From Azolla caroliniana (lineage: Eukaryota; Plantae; Polypodiophyta), in the NCBI GenBank assembly GCA_043228905.1, contig JBHGNT010000008.1, forward strand, positions 9,486,001-9,550,000: a stretch of DNA of 64,000 bases. The letters are read 5' to 3'. The notes under the pieces were generated by a model that was given only the letters and a program-made list of their open reading frames with translations, did not search any database and had not been told where the DNA came from. The position numbers were made by a program, and so were the translations under genes. How positions within the stretch are numbered: position 1 is the first letter of the stretch; every line of letters begins with the position of its first letter. Below are positions 38,847-49,802 of this stretch, in pieces.

Positions 38847-41800
38847 TTATTCAGGGGGACACGTGGCGTCCTCCATGGTGATCTCCCCAGTCTCATTGGT
38901 GCCGTGTGGCTCTGTAAACGGGTTGGGTGGTGTAGTCCCTCGATATGGTCGAAGTCGAAAACCATTGGCCCAGCTTTTGACCGTGTCGCCGGCGAGTGTG
39001 CCGAGCTGGAACGTCCCGTTGAACTCGTCGATAATCCAGAATGGACCGGTCCACCGAAATCTTAATTTTCCCGGCATTGACCCGAGTCGTGTTTGGAAAA
39101 GAAGAACTGGTTTGCCGATGGTGAGCTCCTTCTCCAGCCCATGTCGATGTCGATCCACGAAAGCCTTGCGTTGCCGTTGGCGTTGTTCAAGCTGGACCAT
39201 ACTCTCTATCCTATCTTCCCCGAGTTCGAGGAGTTGTTCCAGCCGGTATTGCTCGGATTCGGCCTCGGGGAGCCGTGCTTTGACTTGAACTCGGAGGCTC
39301 GGGACTTGGAACTCGACGGGCATTACGACTTCTAACCCGAACGCCATTCGAAAGGGGGTCGATTGGATGCTTGTTTTGAAAGTCGTACGATACGCCCACA
39401 GCGCGCTCTGGAGTTTGTCATCCCAATCGGTCCTGTTTTCATTGACGATCTTCTTCAGTATGGTTTGGAGGATTTTATTGGTCGATTCTGCCAAGCCGTT
39501 CGCCTGCGGGTAGTATGGTGTGCTTTTCTTGTGCACCATCGCGTAGTGGTGTGTAAGCTCACGTATTATATGATTGATGAAGTGCCCACCTTGGTCACTA
39601 ATGAGCTCGATTGGACATCCGTAACGGCACCAGAGGTGCTCGTACACAAATTTAGCCGTGGATGCCGCCGTGTTATCTCGGAGTGCCTTAGCCTCAACCC
39701 ATTTGGTGCAGTAATCCGTGGCAACGATAATATACCTATTCCCTGTTCGGGCCGCGGGTGGTTTGAAAGGACCTACAAAATCCAAACCCCATTTTTTAAA
39801 TGGGTCCAACGGAAGAATCGGCTGGTGTGGCATCCGTGACTGTTCCATTGGTTGCCCCAGACGTTGGCACAAATCGCACTGCCGGCAAAACTCGTGAGCG
39901 TCTTTCTTCGTTATTGGCCACCATAATCCACTTTGCCAAACTTTCCTTGCCATGGAATCCCCGGCATAGTGTCCCCCAGCTGCTCCCTGGTGGGCTTCCT
40001 GAAGAACAGCGTTCTTCTCGAATTGCCGAATCGCTCGGCGCCATATGCCGTCCGAGCCTTTGTGGTAGAGAATGTCCGAGACGAGGCAAAAATTCCGGCT
40101 ACGCACTGCTAGGCGTTTTCTCGTGTCAAGGGTCATGTGCTCGGGAGGTACACCGGTAGTGAGAAAATGGGTCGTCTCTGTGATCCATTCATCTCCGTTA
40201 TCGTCTGGTACCGTGGTCAGGTTAAATAGGCTGGCGTCCGGTAGCTCGTCGTACGTTTTTTTCGCCGGTTCTCCTGACTCAAGACAGCTCAAGTAGTCGG
40301 CGACGGCATGTTGTACCCCGGGTCGATGCTAAATCTGAAAATCAAACTCTTGTAGTAGGAGCATCCACCGAGCCAACCGTCCGGTGAGGGCTTGTTTATT
40401 GACCAAATAAAGAAGGGCCGAGTGATCCACGTGAAAGGTAAATTTTCGGCCCAAGAGGTAATGCCGAAATTTATTGATGCTATAAAACATACCGAGAGCC
40501 TCCCACTCGGTGGTGGAGTAATTCTTTTCCGTGGTCGAGAGCCGTCGGTTGGCGTAGTACATGGGCCTATACCAATTCGGGGGTGTGCATTGCATCAGAG
40601 CACTTCCGAAGGCGATGTCCGAAGCATCTACGAAGACATGAAACGGTTCGGACCAAACCAGAGACTGGACCACCGGGGCATGTGATAGCATTCGTTTCAG
40701 GGTCTGATAGGCCGTGTCCTCGACTGACGTCCATTGGGAAGGAAGGCGATAGACTGCCGCGTGTAAGGGTGTCGCGAAATCGGCCAGGTGTCGTATCATT
40801 CGGCTGTGCCACCGGATCTGTCCCAGAAAACGGCTTAGTGCCTTAGCGTTCGAGGGTGCGGTGGCATCCAGGATTGCCTTTACTTTATCCAGGTCCATAG
40901 CGATGCCTTCTTGACTGACAATGTGGCCGAGAAGGTTGCCGCTGGTGACTAAGAACACGCATTTCGCCGAGTTTAAACTCAATCGAGCTTGGCGACATCG
41001 GTCCAAGCAGAGTCGTAATTGGGTCATGTGTTCCCGTCGAAGGCCATACACGGCGAAATCATCGAGAAAAACTTGCATGAACGCCGGGATGTAGTCATGA
41101 AAGATTTCGGTGATGATGCGCTGGAACGTAGCCGGCGCTGTTTTTAGACCGAACATCATAACTTCTGCTACAAAAACACCCCATTCCGTGACGAAAGCGG
41201 TTTTCTCCTGATCCTCCGGGTGCATTCTTATCTGGTTATAGCCGCTGAACCCGTCGAGGAAACTGTAGCATTCGTGGCCGGCTACCGTGTCGAGGACGCT
41301 ATCTGTGAATGGGAGAGGGAAACCGTCGGTGACTGTTGCTGCGTTAAGCTTCCGATAGTCGACGCAGACGCGGATTTTTCCGTTCTTCTTTGGGACCACT
41401 ACGATCGGGCTCAACCATGTAGCCCATTTAACAGGGCAAATGAAGCCCACTCGGAGTAATTTGTCAATTTCCTCTTTGACTTTAGCAGCGTAGTTGGGGT
41501 TCATCCTGTAGCGCCTCTGCTGAACCGGCCGAATGTCGGGTAAGATGTGAATTTGATGTTGGTAGTATTGAGGATCCAGCCCCTTCATATCAGTGTAAGA
41601 CCAAGCGAAAACATCCTGGTAGTCGGTGAGTAATTTTACAAGGCATGCCCGTTCGCCGGTTGGTAGATTATTGGCAATTTGTACCGTACGGGGATTCTCA
41701 TCCGAACCGAGGTTTATTGTTTCCAAGGTTGATGCTTTCACTCGTTGTGAAATGGCGAGTTCGCGTTCGAAAGCCTCCCGAGCATGACGTAGCTCGGCAA

Positions 41801-44118
41801 CTGTGGTTGCATCGGGTTCATCCTGGGGTGGTGACTCCTCCATGACTTCCTCATCTTTAGATGGCTCGATGGTTGGTAAAGCATTGATTTCGAAGAGAGG
41901 AATGATCGTGGGATGATCATCTAGGAAGTCATCGACCTCCTCATCGGCCAACCCGTCGAGCATATGGACCCCTTCCGCGTATAACGGCGAAGTGTTGAGG
42001 GCGACGGGGACTCGTTCTTCAGTGATGATTCGGACTTTTGTCTTCCCTCTTCAGAACGAGATCATGTTGCATTGCCAATGTTGCTTGATATTCGCTGTAC
42101 GCAACCATGGTCGACCTAGTAACATTGGGTAGGCGCCTTGTGTCTCCAGTCGTAGCACGACGGACGAGATCGTGAACATGTGGCCTCCGAGTGTGAAGTC
42201 GAGATGGCGGATTAAACCAATGGGGCGAACAGAGCGGGTGTCGGCCATCCGAAGCCCAAAGGGGCATGGCTCCCATTGATTCAGGCCGAGGTTGAGATAC
42301 GTTGACTCGTTAATAACGTTTACGCCGGATCCGCCGTCGATAATGCATCCGTGCAGGTCTTGTCCCTTAATGATGATTTGCACGGCTGGGTTCTGAGAAT
42401 CCATGAGTGGTGGACCGGTTCCTGCTTCGGTGAGGTGTACCGGTGGTGTCACGGCCTTAGTATTGGCCTGTAGTGCCGCCAGGGTGTCCCGAAATCTCGG
42501 CATGAGTGGTAGAAGTTTATGTAGGGGCAGCGAGATGCGGGAGTTGGTAAGAACATCCCATAGTTGGTTGTCCTCCGAGGACGTGGATGGTGCCGGGGTT
42601 TGTGGTACTTCACTGGGCCCGTCCTTCATGTCAGTTTGCATGCATGCGGCATTATTTTTATTGGCCGTGTCGACCCATTCTTTTGCTGCCTGTCGTACTT
42701 CATCCTGGATTTGTCACTGAGTAGTCTGCGCTTTACTCCGGGTAGTGACCGTTTGAACATCGGCCATGATACTGTTTACTGTGGGTGCCTTGCCACGGTT
42801 GGTTGTCGGACATTGCGTGGCGTAGTGGCCTGGTTGGTTACATTTAAAACATGTCACGTTGGCCGAGCTGCTGATGTCCGCTCGGTCTGTGTGTGGAAGC
42901 TGTTGTTGTTGATCCTCGGTCTCGTTTGGTGGTGGGTTGTTCCGAGGTGCGTTGGAGTTGCGCTGGTTATGTTGAGGAGCGTCCCGTCAGCGGTTGTGAT
43001 TAGGTCTTCTATTGTTGCGTGTGTTGCGATTGCCATTTCGCCGATCCATGCGTGAGTTCCTTCGGTCATACCGATCATCACGATCGTCATCGTATCGAGC
43101 ATAATCGTCGTGCCGGTCATCGCGATAATAATCACGACGATTATCACGTTGGTAGTCGTCGTTTCGGCGCCATCGATCCGGGGATCACGGTTGGTCGTTA
43201 TCCTGGTCTCGGTAGATATATTCGCTCGTCCTACCGAGAGTATGTATTTCGTGGCTCGATCTGGCAGACCGGTGCCGCCGTTGTGCGGTTCAGCATATTA
43301 TATTCGCACTCCTCGACCGTGTGAGCTCGAGACTGACAGATCGGACACTGTGGTCGATGGGGACATTCGAGGGCCAGGTGCCCTGATCCTGAACACGCAG
43401 TGCATTGGAGGGCTTGGCGAAAGCGATTGTCCTCTTGGGGAAGAGCGTTTTGCAAGGATGTCATCGAGAAGGTCGTGTCGTGCTGGTTCCGATCGAGGGC
43501 GAGAACGCGCGCTATGACTTGTTCGATAGTATGGTTGGCGAAATTTGTAAGTGCGAGAGTCGTTCGTAGAGGCTCTCTTAAACTGGATAGGAAAGTGTCC
43601 GGTATATGTTGTGCCGAGACATCATCGGCCACTTGTCTGTAGAGATCCTGGAACCGGATCGTGAACTGCGCAACCGTTTCGTGCGGTTCCTGGCATATAG
43701 AGAAGAATTGCCAGAGCAGTTCCCGTTTAGGCACCTCGCGATGAAAAAGTTCAAGGAACTTTGAGCGCATGATTTGGAAAGTGGTGGCCTCTCCTATTTC
43801 GAGGGGAGAGTACCATCGTGCGGCCGGTCCATCGAGGGAGAGTGTGAACTCGGCAATCTTCGAGGCATCGATTTCGGCCGGCGTGAGGCGGTGCGTGGAG
43901 TGGTTAGCCTGCCACGTGGATATGAAGCCACGGACGTGTGACTCCGCGTCAGGTCCGTCGACATATCGTGGGTATGGGTACGGCATGATGTCGTACTGTG
44001 GTTCTTCTGGTAGCACCAGAAAAGGGTTTAGTTCCGGTTGATTGACCTCCGGAGGGCTCGACGGGGGTTCTGGTGGTGAATCAACTCCCGATCGAGTGTC
44101 CGGTGGCGAGGATTGCAC
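38847..44118 (-). pseudogene. gag-pol of the 34672-44763 element (few lesions)
   Basis: gag 43231..44118 with knuckles CTACSGSGHLALEC and CPICQSRAHTVEEC, plus CFKCNQPGHYATQC at ~42810-42853; protease IIDGGSGVNVI; RT CVDYRKLN, LDGFSGYNQI and VFLDD; RH FVDASD; integrase WGLDFVGP, ISDQGGHF and QANGLAE. No chromodomain and no additional RNase H were seen. Confidence 0.93.
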
Positions 44119-45037
44119 TGGACAAGCCCCCGATTGATCGGGAAAGGATTGGTCAGTGACCGCCGAGTCGGAAGTTCCTTCGACTGGCTTAGGGCGTCGG
44201 ACGGGTGGCCGAGACCTCGTGGTGCGAGAGGGCGCCGTAACGGTGGCTGGTGGTTACCTTCAACGAAGTTCGCTGTGCACTCACAGCTGTAACCGGGCGT
44301 GCCAAATTGTGTTACCCGTTCCTTTGGGTGAACACCTTCAATAGATCTGCGTCTATCGGTCTTCATGGGCGTGGTACGTGAAGGCTCGTAACAAAGGCGT
44401 CGAGAGAGATACATGGCTCAGAGAGAAAACACTAGCAAGGTTTTGATAGATGTGGCGGCGTGAAACTCATAGGTATGGATCAAAGCACAGACTCATGCAC
44501 CAAAATAGGCACAATTAAGATATATTACTATGGCAGAAAAGATTACAGAACACGGCCTATGGCCGGTGACCTTACGAGTTTATCTAATTACGAATGACTA
44601 AGCTAGTGCTTCAGCCTATAGTTTTTCTTCTCTCCCTCTGAGGTACTGCTCCTCGTTTAAATAACTTTTCCCCTAACACACAGTCGAGCCGTCGGTGGCC
44701 CGTGATACTCGAACTCGGCGTTTGCTAATTTCCTAATTTTACATTTCTGTCCTCTGGACAACATATATACACTGGGAGCCTGACTTGTCCTACCTATGAG
44801 GGATATCTCACAGTTTTGTTTTGCTCTTCAAACTTCACAGTCACATAACTTGACACTAATTTGTCCATTTCACATGTAGTAAAATGCATTCGGAAGTTCT
44901 TGAAGACATCCATCTTTTCATACCAAGATATAAAATAATATCTTCATTATTATTGTTCCATATTGTGTGTGAAGAACCACACTCGATTTTGTACATTCCA
45001 TGCAATTTTCACACCATTGGCGAAAATCTTTACGACA

Positions 45038-46070
45038 ACACCCTGTCTCACATCGCAATGCATGTGAGCTAAGTCGCATGGAAGCAATGGTTCGAATGGT
45101 AGATAACGGTATGGGCTCTAACATGTATTGATGTGTATGCTTTCCCCTTTCCGCAAAGTCTATGGTTTTGTAGCTAGGTGCAACATATGTAGTATAATGT
45201 GTGAAGCGTGAGCCTCCACATTTGTCCCATGTCATGATACGTTGGCGTTGCAAAAAGGCCTCATTTACAAAGGAATCTAGTGATGCATCATGAAGCAAGT
45301 GTCGCATTCCATCTACCAAATCAATTTTCTATATCTTGCATCAAACCGGAACAGAAAATTTTGCTTTTATGCATCTTTTGGATCTTTGTGCTTGCTTTCC
45401 ATGCAATTCTAGGAAGTCGATGTGATGGACTTTTTTGAACCGTAAGCATGTATTCAACAACCCTTTCCATGGCCATGATCTCAATGGGAAGTGATCCCGT
45501 CTCAAGGAGGAGGGTGTAGGGCGTTTGTTTCTTAACTGGTAGAAACTTTGTAAGAAAATGTTTTTGGACATTTTCAAAATCTTTCCACATAGATTTAGGG
45601 ATGCTACCGTCCCATACTTCCACCCAATAGAGAAGAACCGGTGTCACCAAAGTGTCGAAAAGATATTTCTTGAGGACCCAACACTTCATATCTCTAAGAT
45701 TGCATGTGTTCTCAAATTCATAGTATGATCGCTTACCCGCCTCTAAGTGGCGTGTAACACATTCATTCCATCTATGATTTGAAGGAACTTCATGGCCAAG
45801 ATATTTGAAGCTTTCTAAACATTCAAGTGGATCATTGTTGTACATAATGCACGGTTTATCTCTTTTTTGGCTCTTCACAAGTTTGTTTTAGAGCTATTGA
45901 AAGTAAATTTAGTATGCATGCAAAAATTTACTGTCAATAGCTCTAAATTTTTCCAATGCCTTCATAAGCTTTTGTGCATTTCCTAGAGTATTTGCAAAAA
46001 GCACTCCATCATCTACATATAGTAAAAGCATAATCACAACATTCCCAATGGCAACTTCTTCAACACATTC
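45038..46070 (-). mobile_element. Second LINE fragment, same family as 12429-15622
   Basis: ORFs 45909..46223, 45321..45878 and 44918..45319 are nearly identical to the 14250-15265 region (EEVAIGNVVIMLLLY, CWVLKKYLFDTLVTPVLLY, MRLSSHALRCE). Confidence 0.9.
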
Positions 46071-48000
46071 TTGGTAGAAGGAGAAGGGCAAGAAGAAAAT
46101 GCCGGAGTATGATTTTGGCAACGCCGAGTCAGTTTGGAGCGAATCTGACATCGAGCCGATCGTAAAGGAACCTCCGCGGAAGAGATCAAAACGGCCAAAA
46201 AGGTCGTGAAATTGGGTAATCACGAATTAGGCCAATCTACCCGCCTAAAGAACCCCATGAAGAAATACAGGTACAATGAATACATGGCGCACCATTATGT
46301 GTGCATGACGCTAGTGGCGGAAGTGTGTGAGCCGGGGAGCTACGTAGAAGCGGCGAAAGACGCAAATTGGCGTGCTGCAATGAAGGAGGAGATGCGCGCT
46401 TTAACATAGAATGAGACGTGGAACCTGGTTGACGCACGAAAGGGTGCGAAGTTGATTGGATGTAGGTGGGTGTACAAGGTCAAATACAACACGGACGGCT
46501 CTATCAACCGATATAAGGCCCAATTAGTTGCGAAAGGCTATGCACATAAGCACGGCGTGGATTACGATGAGACCTTCATGCCGGTCGCGAAGATGACTAC
46601 TGTGCGTCTCCTGCTAGCCGTAGCAGCGGCGCAGGGGTGGCATTTACATCAAAAGGATGTAAAGAACGTGTTCCTGCAAGGCGATCTTAAGGAACATGTG
46701 TACGTGGGAAGTGCGGCGATCGCGTGGAGCAGCAAAAAACAGCTGATAGTAGCACTGTCGAGCACGGAGGCCAAATATCGAGGGGCGACTATTACTACGT
46801 GCGAAGCCATTTGGCTAAAATGGCTATTACGAGATCTACATGTAGAGGTGTGTGATCCGACAACGATCTATTGCAACAACCTCAGCAGTGGAGCAGCAAA
46901 AAACAGCTGATAGTAGCATTGTCGAGCACGGAGGCCAAATATCGAGGGGCGACTGTTACTACGTGCGAAGTCATTTGGCTAAAACGGCTATTACGAGATC
47001 TGCATGTAGAGGTGTCTGATCCGACAATGATCTATTGCGACAACCTCAGCAGTATCCACCTTGCGAAGAACCCCGTATTTCACGCCTGGACCAAACACAT
47101 TGAGGTGCACTACCATTTTGTCTGTGAGCAGGTTCTTTCAGGTGAAGTCGAACTAGCGTATGTTCCGACGGATCGGCACATTGCCGACATCTTCACCAAG
47201 CCTCTTGGTCTCAACAAGTTACAACATTTCTCGGGTGAGCTAGGGTTGCGTCACCTCAATAGGCTGAACTTGAGGGGGAGAAAGGAAGAACAAGAAGAAG
47301 AGCGTGAAAGGAGCGGAGGTGTTCATCACAACGGAAGTGACCGTGATGAGGAATCAGATGAAGAATTCGATTTCGCACCGGCTGAAGAAGCCGAAGAAAG
47401 AAGCAAGGGACGTAATCGTAGGAAAGAATCAAAGACAGTCGAATCAGGGGGAGATAAGGCCAAAACGAAGACGTGGTCGGAAGTTGTCAAAGGCCTAAAG
47501 ACTGAAGACAAATTGGAGACAACCAATTCAGATGAAAGCGGAATTGAATCGGAAACGTTCGATTCGGTTATTACGAATTGACTAAGGGCCAAGCGGAGAA
47601 AAGGGCAGCGAACGACGCACCAACACCATGACAACAAGGGAGCTAAGAAGGGTCGAACGAGCAGACAAGCCAACCGGAAGGCTCGAAGCACGCGGAATCG
47701 AATGGGTCGAGGAGCGCGAGCGACCCGTGAAGCCAGAAGAACCGGAGCGTAGATCTGGAAGAGCGAACGGAACCTCAAGTTGAGCTTGAGGGGGAGTGTT
47801 GAGAGACAAGCTCAACATTCGGTGCATAATCGGGTGCGTAACCTAGTGCGTAAACTAGGTGCATAAAACCGTGCGCACAATAGGCCGTAGCGGTGCGTAA
47901 ACCAAGAGGCCGTTAGGAAGTTATTCCTCATAAGGAATAATTTTGGGAGTGTGTGTAGTCGGCTCATTTATGAGCAGTGAAGCACCGTCGCTTCTGAGAT
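46071..48000 (+). mobile_element. 3' half of a Ty1/Copia element (RT-RH remnant, PPT, start of 3' LTR at 47797)
   Basis: [22 protein letters not shown] and [11 protein letters not shown]; [18 protein letters not shown] and TKHIEVHYHFV; internal RT deletion at ~46703; 164-bp tandem duplication starting at 46724 and 46888. The LTR start TGTTGAGAGACAAGCTCAAC resembles the outer end of LTR 19512-19950. The right boundary is approximate. Confidence 0.85.
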
Positions 48001-48529
48001 GCCTTCAATATCGATCGTCTTCGCGACCTTCTCTGGTTCTTAATGTGGTGCCACTTTGGCTACCCGGGATAATGGCGATGGCGATCAACGGATGAAGGTG
48101 AATCAGACTGAAGGCGGACAGCCAGCGGACAACGAAAGCCAGAGGATAGACACGACCAGCGAATGGCAAAGAGGTTCGACAGACGGTCCGACAACCACCC
48201 GAACTAAGAGACGGCCCCGAATAGATTGGCCACGGACCAGTAGGGGCAGAACCGGCGAGACGACCGACGTCTGGTAGGTGGCCATCCGGATGGCCTAATA
48301 GAGAGTTGGTCGATCGGACAACTGCCCAAGCGAGATGGCTGATGGGCACAAAGACGGCTAAGTAACGACCGACATCTGACAGTGCTGGCAAACGCTGATG
48401 AACAGCATCTGGCAACAAGCCGGACAAACGGTCCGGTAGTCGGCGGACATATGGCCACGGCCAGACAACCAACGGCTTCGGCGACGACAATGACCATCGG
48501 GCAACGACGACTTCTGAACAGAGCCGGCC

Positions 48530-48950
48530 AGAAGAAAAGACGGTAGTGGAGGAAGAGAAAAACTGAATGAGAAGAATGTAGAGGAGGGAGGAAGCAGCAG
48601 AAGAAAGAAGACAAAAGAAAGAAGAAAGAAGAAAGAAGAGAAGAGAAAAACAAAAGGAGAAAAAGAAGAAAAAGAAGAATGAAAGAAACAGAAGAGGAAT
48701 ATGATCGCGATAGAAGAAGAAGAGAAAGATAGAAAATGAAGAAGAGAAAGAAGAAGCAGAAGCAGTAAAGAAAGAAGAAGACAGATAAAGAGAAGAAGAA
48801 GAAGAAGAAGAAGAAGCAAGAGAAAGACGAAGTTGGAAGCCATCGCATATGCATAGTGGCTATTGCAAGAGTAGATGAGAAGTTGAAAACAAACAGAAAG
48901 AATAAGACTATAGAGAAGAAGAAGCCAGGAAGAAAAAGAAAATAGAGAGG
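48530..48950. repeat. GAA/GA-rich low-complexity tract
   Basis: Directly visible near-pure purine stretch. Confidence 0.85.
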
Positions 48951-49099
48951 GACAAGTGGCAAAATTTTCGGAAACATAAGGGCATGAGATGAAATTTCAA
49001 AAAACCAGAGGGCAAGGGAGAAGGGCAAGGGAGAAATTTCGAAAACGAGAGCACTTAAAAACTTGAGGGTAAAAATTTCAGAGACCAAGGGCTAGAAAA

Positions 49100-49612
49100 T
49101 GTTGGGAAATCGGTCCCTCCAGATGGGATCCGGTTATGAATGAGGAGATCCGGAAACCGGATCGGATGGACCCGGTGTGAACCGGAAGTGAAGACATATT
49201 TGTAAATATGTTTTTTGAGTAAGCCTATGGAGGCTATATTTGTAAATAGACCTAAGTTCATATAAGTATAAATATGACTTAGGGCAATCACTTTGTGAGA
49301 GAGTTGTTATTGTTGTACAGAGAGAGATACAGAGCGATTCTTTGTTGTAACCACCGACAGGCGAGGATACAGAGCTCAAGGTCGTTGCCTCAGAGTCTCT
49401 ATTTGTACCTTTCTTATATAGTGATAGTTTGGAGTCTGTGGGCTCCCGTGGTTTTCCCTATTAGGGTTTTCCACATAAACATCATGTGTTCTGTATCATT
49501 GCTTGTGTGTGTACGTGCGTTCACTCTCTACTTCCCATTACTATGTTTGATTCTCATTGAAGTGATTCAAGAATAGGTTGTGGCCGAGCAATATTCCGCG
49601 CTATTCTCGTCA
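49100..49612 (+). mobile_element. Solo LTR related to Copia family C (short variant)
   Basis: TGTTGGG...CGTCA, TSD GAAAA/AAAAA, shared core GACATATTTGTAAATATG...TATAAATATGACTTAGGGCAA. Confidence 0.8.
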
Positions 49613-49802
49613 AAAAACATAAAACTCAACTCACATGACAAAACCGAAGAATACACATACATGCAACACGATTTTACGACCCATGCCGTAATGGACGAGC
49701 CGATTGGTGTGTGATCCAATCATGAGATGTGTTGACCGAACGAGAAGGTTTATGTCAAGCAAAGCTCCGATCGAAGTTATCGATCGTAGAGCTATGATCC
49801 GG

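Larger units (their letters stand above)
34672..44763 (-). mobile_element. Full-length non-chromovirus Ty3/Gypsy element (Athila/Selgy-like) with an extra 3' ORF and a tRNA-Arg-complementary site at both internal ends
   Basis: 454-bp LTRs 34672-35125 and 44310-44763 (about 19 substitutions by eye); TSD TATAT; the empty site is visible in the sister LTR at ~29250-29280; gag, PR, RT, RH and IN all lie on the minus strand. Confidence 0.95.
21975..45037 (-). mobile_element. Gypsy element B (tRNA-Trp PBS), host of three nested insertions
   Basis: 5' LTR 33769-34671 plus 44764-45037; PBS 33743-33760; gag 32966-33747; RT-RH-IN 29603-32200; G-rich PPT 29533-29548; 3' LTR 21975-22616 plus 29037-29532. 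Confidence 0.88.

Noticed and set aside
17000-48000. Idea that the Copia 5' half (17000-19950) and 3' half (46071-48000) are one element split by insertions
   Set aside because: They are in opposite orientation, overlap in the KGK.KMP.Y region and share no TSD, so they are separate copies of related families.
48204-49088. 294-aa Phe/Leu-rich membrane-like ORF (env candidate)
   Set aside because: It is the antisense reading of a GAA/GA low-complexity tract.
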